A DNA stretch of 64,000 nucleotides, from the NCBI GenBank assembly GCA_015064445.1, contig SVSE01000006.1:2358-66357 (forward strand), given 5' to 3'. Of this stretch, positions 16,360 to 26,897 are shown piece after piece. This DNA comes from Oscillospiraceae bacterium (lineage in GTDB: Bacteria; Bacillota; Clostridia; Oscillospirales; CAG-272). Each line of letters opens with the position of its first letter. The stretch's first letter is position 1. Made by a program: the position numbers and the translations under genes. The notes beneath the pieces were generated by a model that saw nothing but the letters and a program-made list of their open reading frames with translations, ran no database searches and was not told the origin of the DNA.

Positions 16360-17910
16360 ATGAAACCACAGCTTTTTAAATCACTAAAGGGATACAATAA
16401 AAAGGATTTGTTCAACGACCTTTTTGCAGGCCTTATGGTAGCAATAATAGCACTTCCGTTGTCAATTGCTCTTGGTATACAATCAGTTCCAAGCGAGGTG
16501 TCCTCAAACGGAATACAATTCGGTATAATAACAGCAATAGTGGCAGGCTTTTTCATTTCCGCCCTCGGTGGAAGCAAGTTCCAAATAGGTGGACCAACCG
16601 CCGCATTTGTCGTTATTCTTTATGGCTATCTTGCAAATCCTGAAATCGGAATTTTAGGACTTGCAATTGCAGGAATTATGGCAGGAGTAATTCTTATTCT
16701 TATGGGATTACTTCGTGCAGGAAATGTAATGAAGTCCTTCCCGTATCCTATAACAATAGGCTTTACAACAGGAATAGGCGTTACCTTGTTCATCGGTCAA
16801 ATCAAGGATTTCTGCGGATTTACAAATGTAACAGGCACCGAGGCAATTGAAAAGATAATTTCATATTTTGAAAATATCAAGAGCTTTGATCTTGCAACAT
16901 TTATAACAGGTGCGCTCGGTCTTGCGTGTGTCATTTTTATTCCAAAAATCAGCAAGAAAATCCCATCTGCGCTCGTGGCAATACTTTTGTGTACTGCACT
17001 TACAGTATGCCTTAATAGCTTTGCCGGCACAGACATTGAAACAATCGGCTCAAAATACGGAGAAATAAAGGCAGGCTTTTTCCCAATTGACTTTTCGTCA
17101 ATAGGAAATGTTAAGCTTTCTGCGCTTATAGTCCCATCAATTGTAATCGCATTCCTTTGCGCAATTGAGAGCTTGCTTTCAGCAACCGTTGCCTCGGGAA
17201 TGACTAACACAAGCTTTGATGCAAATCAGGAGCTTGTAGGACAGGGAGTTGCAAATATCTTTTCGTCACTTCTCGGTGGCTTGCCAGCAACAGGCGCAAT
17301 CGCTCGTACCGCTGCAGGAATAGAGAACAAGGCAAAAAGCCCTCTTGCAGGAATGTTCCACGCAGTATTCGTGTTAATCCTTTACTTTGCGCTTATGGAT
17401 GTCGTAAAGTACATTCCTCTTGCAGTATTTTCAGCAATTCTTATGTCTGTCGCTATAAATATGAGCAGATTTAAGCTTTTTGCCAAGCTCGCTACATTCG
17501 GTGTGCGTGATGTCATAATACTTATCGTTACCTGTGCGCTTACAATTATATTCGACCTGACCTATGGCGTTATCGCAGGCGTTTTGGTAACACTTGCTCT
17601 TAATGCTAAAAACATAAAAACAGGCTTGACGCTTGAAAAGGACGAAAATGCCGAAAAGACTGTTATAAAAGCCAAGGGTACACTCTTTTTCTTGAACGCA
17701 AATAAGCTTTCCGATATGCTCTCAAGGGAGTTTGAGAGCGCCGATGAGGTAACTGTCGATATGGGAGAGATTGAGAGAATAGACGAAACTGCACTTGAAA
17801 AAATCGTAGCTCTTAATCGCAAAATAAAGGCACAGGGCAAGAGCCTTGAGCTTGTAGGCTACAACGACAAGATTCGCGCTCGACTCGATAAATTCTTTAA
17901 GGTGCTTTGA
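16360..17910 (+). CDS. SulP-family anion transporter with C-terminal STAS domain
   Basis: 516 aa and polytopic, with 'DLFAGLMVAIIALPLSIALG' and a soluble C-terminal STAS-like region. Confidence 0.85.
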   Translation: MKPQLFKSLKGYNKKDLFNDLFAGLMVAIIALPLSIALGIQSVPSEVSSNGIQFGIITAIVAGFFISALGGSKFQIGGPTAAFVVILYGYLANPEIGILGLAIAGIMAGVILILMGLLRAGNVMKSFPYPITIGFTTGIGVTLFIGQIKDFCGFTNVTGTEAIEKIISYFENIKSFDLATFITGALGLACVIFIPKISKKIPSALVAILLCTALTVCLNSFAGTDIETIGSKYGEIKAGFFPIDFSSIGNVKLSALIVPSIVIAFLCAIESLLSATVASGMTNTSFDANQELVGQGVANIFSSLLGGLPATGAIARTAAGIENKAKSPLAGMFHAVFVLILYFALMDVVKYIPLAVFSAILMSVAINMSRFKLFAKLATFGVRDVIILIVTCALTIIFDLTYGVIAGVLVTLALNAKNIKTGLTLEKDENAEKTVIKAKGTLFFLNANKLSDMLSREFESADEVTVDMGEIERIDETALEKIVALNRKIKAQGKSLELVGYNDKIRARLDKFFKVL

Positions 17911-17911
17911 T

Positions 17912-18382
17912 ATGAAGGATACAACGCTTTGCTACATTGAAAGGGACGGCAAGTATTTGATGCTTTACCGTAACAAAAAGGAAAATGATGTAAACGAGGG
18001 CAAGTATGTCGGAATCGGTGGGCATTTTGAGGAAAATGAAACACCAATCGAGTGCGTAATTCGTGAGGTAAGAGAGGAAGCCTCGCTTATCTTAAACGCT
18101 CCAAAATATCGTGGAATTGTGACCTTTGTATCGGACAAGTACGAAAGCGAGAGAATGCACCTCTTTACCTGTGATGATTTCTCGGGAGAGATTAGCGAAT
18201 GTAACGAGGGCGAGCTCTCGTGGGTGGAAAAATCAAAAATAGAGGAGCTTCCTATGTGGGAGGGCGATATCTATTTTTTGAGAATGCTAAATGAAGAGCG
18301 TGACTTTTTTGAAATGAAGCTCGTTTATAAGGGCGATAAACTTATAGAATATTACCTAAACGATAAAAGACAAGCAATTTGA
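17912..18382 (+). CDS. NUDIX hydrolase (MutT-like)
   Basis: NUDIX box 'GIGGHFEENETPIECVIREVREEASL'. Confidence 0.85.
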   Translation: MKDTTLCYIERDGKYLMLYRNKKENDVNEGKYVGIGGHFEENETPIECVIREVREEASLILNAPKYRGIVTFVSDKYESERMHLFTCDDFSGEISECNEGELSWVEKSKIEELPMWEGDIYFLRMLNEERDFFEMKLVYKGDKLIEYYLNDKRQAI

Positions 18383-18424
18383 AGAAACGGTGGATTTTTC
18401 CGCCGTTTTTTGTTTCTTTAAGTA

Positions 18425-18453
18425 TTGAAAAAATATGTATTGTATGATAAAAT
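18425..18453 (+). promoter_or_regulatory. sigma-A-type promoter (extended -10)
   Basis: TTGAAA (18425-18430), a 17-nt spacer ending in TGA, then TAAAAT (18448-18453). Confidence 0.5.
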
Positions 18454-18480
18454 GTTAATATAGAATATTAGGAGAGCAAA

Positions 18481-18906
18481 ATGAAGATACTTGTTAGCGC
18501 GTGCCTGCTTGGCACACCGTGCCGATATGATGCAAAATCTAAGCCCGATGCGTGCGTTATCGCGCTTTCTAAGAAGCACGAGCTTATTCCCGTCTGTGCC
18601 GAGGTGTTAGGTGGACTTCCAACTCCTCGTATTCCCTCAGAAATTATGGGGGAGAGGGTTATAAACCGAGAGGGAGTCGATGTTACAGACGAATATCACA
18701 AGGGCGCACAGCGTGTGCTTGACATCGCTATCGAAAACGGATGTAAAATTGCAATCCTAAAATCAAAAAGCCCATCGTGTGGTAGAGATGAAATATATGA
18801 TGGAAGCTTCACAAGGACGCTCACACAAGGAAACGGAATTTGTGCAGGGCTTCTTATGAAAAATGGTATCACGATTTTAAACGAAAAGGAAATAGATAAA
18901 ATATGA
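18481..18906 (+). CDS. DUF523-family protein (TudS/YbbK-like)
   Basis: 'MKILVSACLLGTPCRYDAKSKP' and 'SPSCG' match the conserved Cys pattern of DUF523. Confidence 0.7.
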   Translation: MKILVSACLLGTPCRYDAKSKPDACVIALSKKHELIPVCAEVLGGLPTPRIPSEIMGERVINREGVDVTDEYHKGAQRVLDIAIENGCKIAILKSKSPSCGRDEIYDGSFTRTLTQGNGICAGLLMKNGITILNEKEIDKI

Positions 18907-19640
18907 AGATTATAGCAAGTGATTTTGACGGAACACTAAGCTACAATGGCGTTAGTGAGGATGATAGCAAGGCTATTGCAAAATTTCGTGCAAAGGGACA
19001 TAAATTTGGTATTGTAACAGGTCGAGATCTTGAAATGGCGCTTTGGGTGCTTTACGACCTTAAAAAGGCGAACACGGAAATCGACTTTTTGATTTGCTGT
19101 ACAGGCGCTGTAATCCTTGATGGCAACGGCAATCTGCTTATAACCAAAAGGGGAAAGGTAACTCCTGAATTTCAGACATTTATCGACAAGGCATACGAGC
19201 TTGGCTTTGGTGGCTTTAACTTCAATAATCTTCTTAAAAGATGCTACTTGGATTCAAGAGGAAATGTCCCAAGCGAGGCTATGCAAATCGGCGAGTTTAC
19301 ACAGCTTAATGTGTGGTTTCCAAGCGAGGATAACGCAAGAAAATACAACGAATTTATAAACGAAAATTATTCCCACTTAATTAGCGCATATAGAAATGGT
19401 GGAAGCATAGATATGCCACCTGCCAACACCTCAAAGGTTACAGGCATTTACGATTACGCAAGACAATTTGATAGCCCAGAAATCTACTCGGTTGGCGATA
19501 ATTTAAACGACCTTCCTATGATAAAGGAATTTTGTGGCTTTGCTGTATCAAATGCGCATGACGAGGTTAAGGCATCAGCTAAGCATCAATGCAATAGAAT
19601 TTGCGATATGATAGATTTTATTTTGGAGGAAGACAAATGA
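18903..19640 (+). CDS. HAD-superfamily hydrolase, Cof-type
   Basis: 'IIASDFDGTL' (DxDGT) and 'GDNLNDLPM'. ATGA overlap with the upstream gene. Confidence 0.8.
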   Translation: MKIIASDFDGTLSYNGVSEDDSKAIAKFRAKGHKFGIVTGRDLEMALWVLYDLKKANTEIDFLICCTGAVILDGNGNLLITKRGKVTPEFQTFIDKAYELGFGGFNFNNLLKRCYLDSRGNVPSEAMQIGEFTQLNVWFPSEDNARKYNEFINENYSHLISAYRNGGSIDMPPANTSKVTGIYDYARQFDSPEIYSVGDNLNDLPMIKEFCGFAVSNAHDEVKASAKHQCNRICDMIDFILEEDK

Positions 19641-20227
19641 ACGCAAGAGACCGTTTTATAGAAATTTTCAAATCAAAAATCAAAAGAGAGGGCGCAGACA
19701 AGCTCCTTGAATACATAATTTCCTCGGACTTTTTTGTAGCTCCTGCAAGCGCAAAGTATCATAGCGCATACGAGGGTGGACTCCTTGACCACTCCCTTAA
19801 TGTTTATGACTGCCTTTGCGATTATCTTAATCGTAATACAGTAAAGGAAAAATATAAGCTTACATATTCTGATGAAACAATCGCCATTGTTTCCTTGCTT
19901 CACGACCTTTGCAAGGTTAATGTTTATAAGGTTAGCAAGAGAAATGTTAAGAATAAGGAAACAGGAAAATGGGAGGAGGTTGACTTCTTCGAATTCGACG
20001 ATAAGCTCCCATACGGACATGGAGAAAAGAGCGTTTATATGATAACTCCGTTTATGCGCTTAACACGCGAGGAAGCATTCGCAATCAGATATCATATGGG
20101 CTTTTCAAGCGCTTATACAACAATCGAAACAAACAATGTAAGCAAGGCGTTCGAAATGTTCCCACTTGCATTCGCACTTTCGACAGCTGATATGGAAGCA
20201 ACCTATTATATTGAAACCGAAAGATAA
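19637..20227 (+). CDS. HD-domain phosphohydrolase
   Basis: 'HSLNV...' and 'LLHDLCK' give the H...HD metal-binding pattern. ATGA overlap with the HAD gene. Confidence 0.7.
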   Translation: MNARDRFIEIFKSKIKREGADKLLEYIISSDFFVAPASAKYHSAYEGGLLDHSLNVYDCLCDYLNRNTVKEKYKLTYSDETIAIVSLLHDLCKVNVYKVSKRNVKNKETGKWEEVDFFEFDDKLPYGHGEKSVYMITPFMRLTREEAFAIRYHMGFSSAYTTIETNNVSKAFEMFPLAFALSTADMEATYYIETER

Positions 20228-20241
20228 TTTTCAAAAAACTA

Positions 20242-20270
20242 TTGACAAGTAAAAAAAACAGTGATAAAAT
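20242..20270 (+). promoter_or_regulatory. sigma-A-type promoter of the T-box leader
   Basis: TTGACA (20242-20247), a 17-nt spacer ending in TGA, then TAAAAT (20265-20270). Confidence 0.65.
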
Positions 20271-20274
20271 GTTA

Positions 20275-20532
20275 CCATACTCAAACCGATGAGAAAGAGT
20301 AGTAGCATAACAGGCAATATCAAAGAGAGATGCAGATGGTGAGATTGCATTATGGCGCAGTTGTGTGAATGGACTTTCGAGGGCAGGGCTGAACCTTAGT
20401 AGGTCTTGACGGAGATGCACCGTTACAGGCATAGCATATTAAATGTATGTGAAGAGATAAAGAGAAATCTTTAATTTGGGTGGCACCACGGTTTATTCGT
20501 CCCAAGCATCTTGCGATGCTTGGGCTTTTTTT
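20275..20532 (+). promoter_or_regulatory. T-box riboswitch leader, tryptophan-specific
   Basis: The Stem I base reads 'TGAGAAAGAGTAGTA'. The 'AGAGAG...GGTGAGA' distal elements are present. The putative specifier is UGG at 20370-20372, in the context 'GAA-TGG-A'. The T-box sequence 'AATTTGGGTGGCACCACGG' lies at 20473-20491. The terminator is CCCAAGCATC-TTGC-GATGCTTGGG (20501-20524), followed directly by C and a T-run. Confidence 0.9.
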
Positions 20533-20626
20533 ATCTCTTGGAAAGGATTTTATGTTATATAGACGATGGCGAGTATGCCTTTAATTCAACTAAAACTCGA
20601 AATTTAACTTAAAAGGAGAAACGAAA

Positions 20627-21847
20627 ATGATTTACAACGGAATTGATTTTGACACTTATTTTAACAACTACCCTGACAAAAATGGATACTTTGGCAAATA
20701 CGGTGGAGTTTACATCGACGAAAAGCTTAAAAATGCGATGAAGGAAATCACCGAGGCTTACTATTCAATTTGTCAGTCAAGAAAGTTTATTGCAGAGCTT
20801 CGTAGAATAAGAAAGGAATTTCAGGGCAGACCAACACCTGTAACTCACCTTGAAAGACTCTCTGACGCACTTGGTGGCAAGGTTCAGCTTTATGCAAAGC
20901 GTGAGGACCTCAATCACTCTGGCGCACACAAGCTCAATCACTGTATGGGCGAGGCACTTCTTGCAAAGTACATGGGCAAGAAAAAGGTTATCGCTGAAAC
21001 AGGCGCAGGACAGCACGGAGTTGCACTTGCAACAGCAGCAGCTTATTTTGGCCTTAAATGCGATATCTATATGGGCTCTGTTGACATTAAAAAGCAAGCC
21101 CCTAATGTTGCAAGAATGAAGATTCTTGGTGCAAATGTTATCGAGGTAACACACGGTCTTCAAACCTTGAAGGAGGCTGTTGACGCAGCATTTGAGGCGT
21201 ATAGCAAGGAATATAACGACGCAATTTACTGTATCGGTAGCGTTCTTGGCCCACACCCATTCCCAATGATGGTTCGTGACTTCCAAAGCGTTGTTGGAAT
21301 TGAGGCAAGAGAGCAGTTTATGGAAATGACAGGAAACCTTCCATCTGCAATCGTTGCTTGCGTTGGTGGTGGCTCTAACGCAGCTGGACTTTTCGCAGGA
21401 TTCTTGAATGACCCTGTTGATATCTATGGCATTGAGCCTCTTGGTAGAGGACCAAAGCTTGGCGATCACGCAGCAAGCCTTAAATATGGTACAGAGGGAA
21501 TTATGCACGGCTTTAACAGCATAATGCTTAAGGACGAAAATGGCGACCCAGCTCCTGTTTACTCAGTTGCAAGTGGACTTGACTACCCATCCTCAGGACC
21601 TGAGCACGCATTCCTTCAGGAAATCGGCAGAGTTAAGTATGATGTAATCGATGATGAGGAAACAATCGACGCATTCTTTAAGCTCTCTCGCCTTGAGGGT
21701 ATCATTCCTGCAATCGAAAGCTCACACGCTGTTGCATATGGAATGAAGCTTGCAAAGACTATGGACCACGGCTCAATTCTTATCAACCTCTCTGGTAGAG
21801 GCGATAAGGATATGGATTATATAATCGAAAATTACGGTATTCGCTAA
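20627..21847 (+). CDS. trpB: tryptophan synthase beta-chain homologue (stand-alone)
   Basis: 406 aa with 'YFGKYGGVY', '[15 protein letters not shown]' (PLP lysine), '[10 protein letters not shown]', 'GGGSNAAG' and 'LSGRGDKD'. No trpA or other trp genes are nearby. Confidence 0.85.
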   Translation: MIYNGIDFDTYFNNYPDKNGYFGKYGGVYIDEKLKNAMKEITEAYYSICQSRKFIAELRRIRKEFQGRPTPVTHLERLSDALGGKVQLYAKREDLNHSGAHKLNHCMGEALLAKYMGKKKVIAETGAGQHGVALATAAAYFGLKCDIYMGSVDIKKQAPNVARMKILGANVIEVTHGLQTLKEAVDAAFEAYSKEYNDAIYCIGSVLGPHPFPMMVRDFQSVVGIEAREQFMEMTGNLPSAIVACVGGGSNAAGLFAGFLNDPVDIYGIEPLGRGPKLGDHAASLKYGTEGIMHGFNSIMLKDENGDPAPVYSVASGLDYPSSGPEHAFLQEIGRVKYDVIDDEETIDAFFKLSRLEGIIPAIESSHAVAYGMKLAKTMDHGSILINLSGRGDKDMDYIIENYGIR

Positions 21848-21985
21848 AACTAAAACGGCTTCGTATGAGGCCGTTTTTTTCTATGTGCGTATTTTATAAT
21901 AATAAAACTTGACATAATAAATAAAATGTGTTAAAATAACAATAAGATACTATGCAAATTGTCGAAAAGGCAAAAGGAGATAGAT

Positions 21986-23086
21986 ATGAAAAGAAGGGCA
22001 TTGTCTTTTATACTCGCTCTTGTTTTGGTGCTTACGCTTTTAGTACCTATGGCAACAGCAGAAGGCACAGCTAATGTAAAAATCGATAGCATTCAGGGTG
22101 GCGCATCTCAGCTCGTAGAGGTTAAGGTTTCTATGGCAACCACTCTCGATGTTACAGTTGCAAGACTCGCTATTAAATATGATAAAAGGCTTGAGCTTGT
22201 TTCGCTTACCAACGGAACCGTGTTTGCAAACACCTATACATCTGTAAATGGTGAGGAGAACGGAGAGGTTCTTTATGTAGGCGATATTGATATTACAAGC
22301 GAAAAGCAAAGCGTTTCTGCTTCCAGCTCAGCAGTTATCTGCACACTTAAATTTAAGATTCCTGATAATGCAATTGAGGGCGAGGTATATTCCATCTCTC
22401 TTGATGCGTTAAATAGCGAATTTGCAACAAGTCAAAGTGCAACAATCGTTAAAACTCCAGCTGTTTCAACCGCTGGCTCAATTACAACCACCGCTACAGC
22501 TCCTTGTACAGCACACACCTTTGGTGAGAGCGTTGTTGTAAGAGAGGCAGACTATTTCCAGTATGGCTTCTCATATAAGACCTGTTCGAGCTGTGGATAT
22601 GTAGAGTCTGCATCAACTCCTGCGACACAAACAAATCTTTTCACACCTATCGGAACTGCTATAAGATATGCAGGCAACCCTTCTGGAATCGGCGCACACT
22701 TCAAGGTTAATGCTGAATCCCTTCAAGCAATTGAAACAAAGGGCTATAAGGTTGAGATCGGTATTGAGCTTGTTTATGGAGCTCAAAAGAAAACCGAAAT
22801 CTTCTATGGAGATAGCGCACCTGAAAAGAACAGAGATAACTATGCTGACGGTGTTATAAGCGCTTCGATTGAGGGCATTAAAACTCAGCTTAAGGGAAAT
22901 ATTTACGCATATGCAAAAATCATTAACGAGGATGGCTCAGCTCGTGTAGAGAAGACCTTCATTACAGTTAGTGGAAGCGAGAATATTTCAATTGCCGATG
23001 TTGTAAATCTTCTTAACTTTAACAAGTACACACAGGAAAGCAAGGACTACCTCAACGCAGTTGCAAACGGCTTTGAGGGCGAATAA
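21986..23086 (+). CDS. secreted protein with N-terminal cohesin-like domain
   Basis: The signal peptide is 'MKRRALSFILALVLVLTLLVPMATAEG'. The segment 'VKIDSIQGGASQLVEVKVSMA...LAIKYDKRLELVSLTNG' resembles a cohesin beta-sandwich. The RBS AAAGGAG precedes the ATG at 21986. Confidence 0.45.
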   Translation: MKRRALSFILALVLVLTLLVPMATAEGTANVKIDSIQGGASQLVEVKVSMATTLDVTVARLAIKYDKRLELVSLTNGTVFANTYTSVNGEENGEVLYVGDIDITSEKQSVSASSSAVICTLKFKIPDNAIEGEVYSISLDALNSEFATSQSATIVKTPAVSTAGSITTTATAPCTAHTFGESVVVREADYFQYGFSYKTCSSCGYVESASTPATQTNLFTPIGTAIRYAGNPSGIGAHFKVNAESLQAIETKGYKVEIGIELVYGAQKKTEIFYGDSAPEKNRDNYADGVISASIEGIKTQLKGNIYAYAKIINEDGSARVEKTFITVSGSENISIADVVNLLNFNKYTQESKDYLNAVANGFEGE

Positions 23087-23164
23087 TTAAAATTAAAGCC
23101 ACGCATTTTGCGTGGCTTTTCTTATGCAAAAGGAAAACGGTTAGCCAAGCTAACCGTTTTTTGA

Positions 23165-24652
23165 TTATTCAGCCTTTGGATCGAACAAGCTTCCACCCTT
23201 TGTAACAGATGTGTATGTTGCAGGAATTTCCTTCATTACATACTGTGTTTGGAGATGGTCTCCAACGAGAGTGTAGATTGCCTCTTGGTAAATGTCACTT
23301 TCAGTGAGCTGTTCGTCAACAAATGAGGTTGCAAGCTCGAGTGCCTGAGCCTCTGTAATCTTTGAGCTCGATGAGAGATATTGATCCTTGTAGCTTGCGA
23401 TAAGAGCAGCTCTTGCAGTAGCAATATCAGCCTCGGTAGGCTCCATACCATGCTTTTGAGCATATGCATAGTAAGCCATTTCAGCCTTCATTGTATATTT
23501 GATATAGTCCTCACGGCTTGAGAATCCGAGATATGTCTTAAGGTAAGTGTCGAATTCCATTCCGTACTGTGTAGCAAAGTCAAGCTCCATTTCCTTGAGC
23601 TGATTTGTAATAAGCTTCTTTTCAGCCTTTGGATAATCCAAAGCGATAGTGTTTTCAAGGAAGAAGTTGAGAAGCTGTTGAGAAGCGTATGACTTCTTAA
23701 GCTCTGTCTCAAATGCCTCTATTGATTCGTACTTGTCGCCATAGGTGCTCTTGATATATTCGAGGTTGTACTTAACAGGAGTGTAGATTTCCTTAACTGT
23801 TGCCTTGAAGATAACGGTCTTTCCGTTGAGGTCGTCAACACCGTAATCGCTTGGGAATGTTGCCTTGAATTGACCTTCCTTGCCAACCTCAAAGCCGATA
23901 AGACCCTTTTCAAAGTCTTCTATAAATGTGCGTGAGCCGATATAAACATTAGATGTTCCGCTTCCACCGCTAAATGTTACTTCCTTACCGTCATCGCCAA
24001 TCTTGATATTGCCTGCATCGTCAGTATGGTAGCCTGTGTAGGTTACATTAACAATATCGCCCTCGCGAACAGGTCTTGAAATAAACTTGTAGGTGATATA
24101 GCAGTCCTTGCCAGCATATGGAGCAATCTTTGCATATTGCTCAGCTGTAAGCATGCTTTGAAGAGGTGTAAGGTCAGCTGGGAGCTTATATGTGTCTGTG
24201 TGCTCCTGACCGAGCTTCTTCTTCAAGAACTTGTTTTCAATCTCAGGATGGAACGAGCCAGCACCAAGATTGTTGATTACGATAGTTTCAACTACATCTG
24301 TTGTAGCAGAATTGTCAGTTGAGAAGAGAATGTTCTCGTTTCCGTTTGCATCCTTTGAGGAGTCAATCTTTCCGTCAGCACTCCAAAAGAGCTCCTTGAT
24401 AACAATGCTTACCTTAACATTGTCGCCTGCTTGAGCTGTATATCTGTTGGTAGAAACAGCACTTGTGCTTATAATGTCAGAGTCAATAGTCGATTGAACA
24501 TAGTCGAGCTTAACCTCGATTTCCTTACCTGCAACCTCAGGAATTGTAACATACTTTGTGAGGTCGTAGTCGTACTTTTGGTCTATAACGCAAGATGCAA
24601 GAGATAGAACCATAATTAGCATAAGAGCTAAGCAAATAATTCTTTTTTTCAT
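23165..24652 (-). CDS. lipoprotein with trigger-factor/FKBP-like peptidyl-prolyl isomerase domain
   Basis: The lipobox is 'MVLSLASC'. The central region 'GDIVNVTYTGY...FIEDFEKGLIGFEVG...VIFKATVKEIY' resembles the trigger-factor PPIase domain. Confidence 0.6.
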   Translation of the reverse strand: MKKRIICLALMLIMVLSLASCVIDQKYDYDLTKYVTIPEVAGKEIEVKLDYVQSTIDSDIISTSAVSTNRYTAQAGDNVKVSIVIKELFWSADGKIDSSKDANGNENILFSTDNSATTDVVETIVINNLGAGSFHPEIENKFLKKKLGQEHTDTYKLPADLTPLQSMLTAEQYAKIAPYAGKDCYITYKFISRPVREGDIVNVTYTGYHTDDAGNIKIGDDGKEVTFSGGSGTSNVYIGSRTFIEDFEKGLIGFEVGKEGQFKATFPSDYGVDDLNGKTVIFKATVKEIYTPVKYNLEYIKSTYGDKYESIEAFETELKKSYASQQLLNFFLENTIALDYPKAEKKLITNQLKEMELDFATQYGMEFDTYLKTYLGFSSREDYIKYTMKAEMAYYAYAQKHGMEPTEADIATARAALIASYKDQYLSSSSKITEAQALELATSFVDEQLTESDIYQEAIYTLVGDHLQTQYVMKEIPATYTSVTKGGSLFDPKAE

Positions 24653-24684
24653 AAAATGTATCCTTTTCTTAAATAATTAACTTT

Positions 24685-25431
24685 TTAAAGCTTGCTCACG
24701 GGATTGAGACGACGCTCATAGAACTGATATGTGAGCATAAGCGTAATATACTGAATAGGCAAGTAAATAACGAGATTTTCTCCAATAGAGATAAGAACAG
24801 TTACAATGTATTCGTCGAATACTGCCTTTGTCATAACCCAACCCATACCAGCGAGCTCAGGAAGAATTCCTGTAAGCACGAGCATTACGAGGTTGATAGA
24901 AACAAGACAAATACAAACGGTTATCATAGCGCGCTGAAGTCTGTTTTTCCAGCTGATATACTTTGTTGGCTTATCCTTGTTAGTCTTTACAACCTTGCAG
25001 GTAATAAACGCAACGAGAAGTGCAGGGAGAATTTGGTTGACAATTCCTTGTCCCATGGAGTAGTAAATTCCCATAAGAGCAGAGGAGAATGCCTCAGTTC
25101 CCTCTACAACCACGCCATATTGATATTTTGCATAAACATTCCAAGCAATAGATTGATAGATAAAATATGGAATGAATGCGCCAAATACGAGAAGAACTGA
25201 CATAATTCCCTCGTAGAAGTCAAATTTAAAGAACGCATAAATTATAGTTCCGAAGCCGATGAACATAGAAACCGCATTAAAGAAATCGGTGAAAAGTCCA
25301 AGAACTACCATAAGAGTTGTGGCATCATCAACATTTATCGAAACGATGAAGTAAATAACCGACACAAGAAGTGCGAAAAGTGATGAGCCAAGCACAGCGA
25401 CGGATGCGTTTACATAAAAAGATTTTTTCAT
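24685..25431 (-). CDS. polytopic membrane protein, unknown function
   Basis: 248 aa with about 6-7 hydrophobic segments. It is co-oriented with the downstream lipoprotein gene. The RBS is AGAGGTG. Confidence 0.6.
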   Translation of the reverse strand: MKKSFYVNASVAVLGSSLFALLVSVIYFIVSINVDDATTLMVVLGLFTDFFNAVSMFIGFGTIIYAFFKFDFYEGIMSVLLVFGAFIPYFIYQSIAWNVYAKYQYGVVVEGTEAFSSALMGIYYSMGQGIVNQILPALLVAFITCKVVKTNKDKPTKYISWKNRLQRAMITVCICLVSINLVMLVLTGILPELAGMGWVMTKAVFDEYIVTVLISIGENLVIYLPIQYITLMLTYQFYERRLNPVSKL

Positions 25432-25886
25432 AAAAGCACCTCTAGCAGGTAGAGACTCGGTTGAATTTGATTTAGAACAACCAAACGCCCTACATACTGC
25501 GTTAAAAAATTTTGTAAATTATTAATTGACGTGGGTTTTTATGCCTTGCCTGTAAGCCGTTTGGCTTGCTCGAAATTGCAAAGCACCTAAACCGATGTAT
25601 TTTTAGATGATTTTGGTAGAATTGCGACGTAGGTGTATAAAAATACTCCAAGAAGCAAGTCTGCCAAAAGCGCTAAAGGTAACTGTCAAACAAGTCGAAT
25701 ATACTATAAACCGCAAATACAAGATTTAGGCAAGTTTAATCGAATTTCTATCTGCTACCTTAAAATACTTCTATATTCTAACATATATTTTAAAAAAAAT
25801 AAAGACCTAATATCGAAAAATTTTGAAAATAACACAAAATTCAGAAAATCATCACATAAACTATTAAAAAAAGAGAGGATTTTACT

Positions 25887-26792
25887 ATGAAATACGAAAA
25901 AGAGCTTGATTATTCACAAATGATGACAGCCTTAAATGAGCTAACCAAGGACAAGAGCTACATAAAAATGTCCTATATCGGAAATTCGATTTTGTATCGA
26001 CCAATACCTGTTTTAACAATAGGGGAGCAGAGCGCAAAAAAGAGCGTATTGTATGTTGCAACTCATCACGCAACCGAGAGCATATGCACGCTTTTGCTTC
26101 TGAAATTTTTGAGCGAATTTATATCACTTCACGAAAAGGGACAAAAGGCGTGTGGAATAAACCTCAAATTTATGCTTGATGCAAGAAAAATTCATATTGT
26201 CCCAATGCTCAACCCCGATGGAGTAGAATATCGCCTGCACGGAATAGAGGAGCAAAACCCACTTTATTCTCGTGTTATGAAATACTCAAATGGCGATTTT
26301 TCAAAATGGAGCTCTAACGCAAGAGGTGTCGATTTGAACCACAATTACGACGCAGGCTTTTATGAATACAAAATGATAGAAAAGGAGCAAAAAATCACAC
26401 AGGGGCCAACAAAATACTCTGGAGAGTCGCCAGAAAGCGAGCCTGAGGTAAGCGCTCTTGCCTCATTTGTTCGATACAATATTGAGGAGCTTTGTGGAGT
26501 CCTTACGCTTCATTCACAGGGCGAGGAAATTTATTATAAATCTGCGGGGATGTGTCCACAAAAAAGCGAATTTGTGTCAAAGCAGATAGCTAAAATGACC
26601 TCGTATAAGCTATCAAGCACGCAGGGAACAGCCTCGTATGGTGGACTCACTGACTGGCTTGTTCAAAAATATAACCTTCCTTCGTTCACGCTCGAATGTG
26701 GACTTGGCGAAAACCCACTTAATCCATCGCTTTCGAGCGATATTTACCTGCGACTTCGTGAGCTTTTCTTTACCTTTCCAATTCTATTTTAA
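25887..26792 (+). CDS. M14-family zinc carboxypeptidase (gamma-D-glutamyl-diamino-acid peptidase-like)
   Basis: 'HHATESI' (HxxE zinc site), 'PMLNPDGVEY', 'GVDLNHNY' and 'LTLHSQGEEIYY'. Confidence 0.8.
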   Translation: MKYEKELDYSQMMTALNELTKDKSYIKMSYIGNSILYRPIPVLTIGEQSAKKSVLYVATHHATESICTLLLLKFLSEFISLHEKGQKACGINLKFMLDARKIHIVPMLNPDGVEYRLHGIEEQNPLYSRVMKYSNGDFSKWSSNARGVDLNHNYDAGFYEYKMIEKEQKITQGPTKYSGESPESEPEVSALASFVRYNIEELCGVLTLHSQGEEIYYKSAGMCPQKSEFVSKQIAKMTSYKLSSTQGTASYGGLTDWLVQKYNLPSFTLECGLGENPLNPSLSSDIYLRLRELFFTFPILF

Positions 26793-26897
26793 AATAATAT
26801 TATAATTGTTTGAAAATCCCTTGACTTTATTCTTTTAATGTGGTATAATTGTAATCACTTTAATAAACTAAAGCGATAAAGTAAAAGGAGAAAAGAC

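Noticed and set aside
25432-25886. 455-nt AT-rich divergent intergenic region (including the tracked 85-aa ORF at 25633-25890) as a possible riboswitch or small gene
   Set aside because: I could match no known riboswitch core (TPP, FMN, SAM, ZTP, fluoride, guanidine or preQ1 patterns were checked by eye). The ORF is K/N/I-rich with no RBS. The region is most simply two divergent promoter regions.
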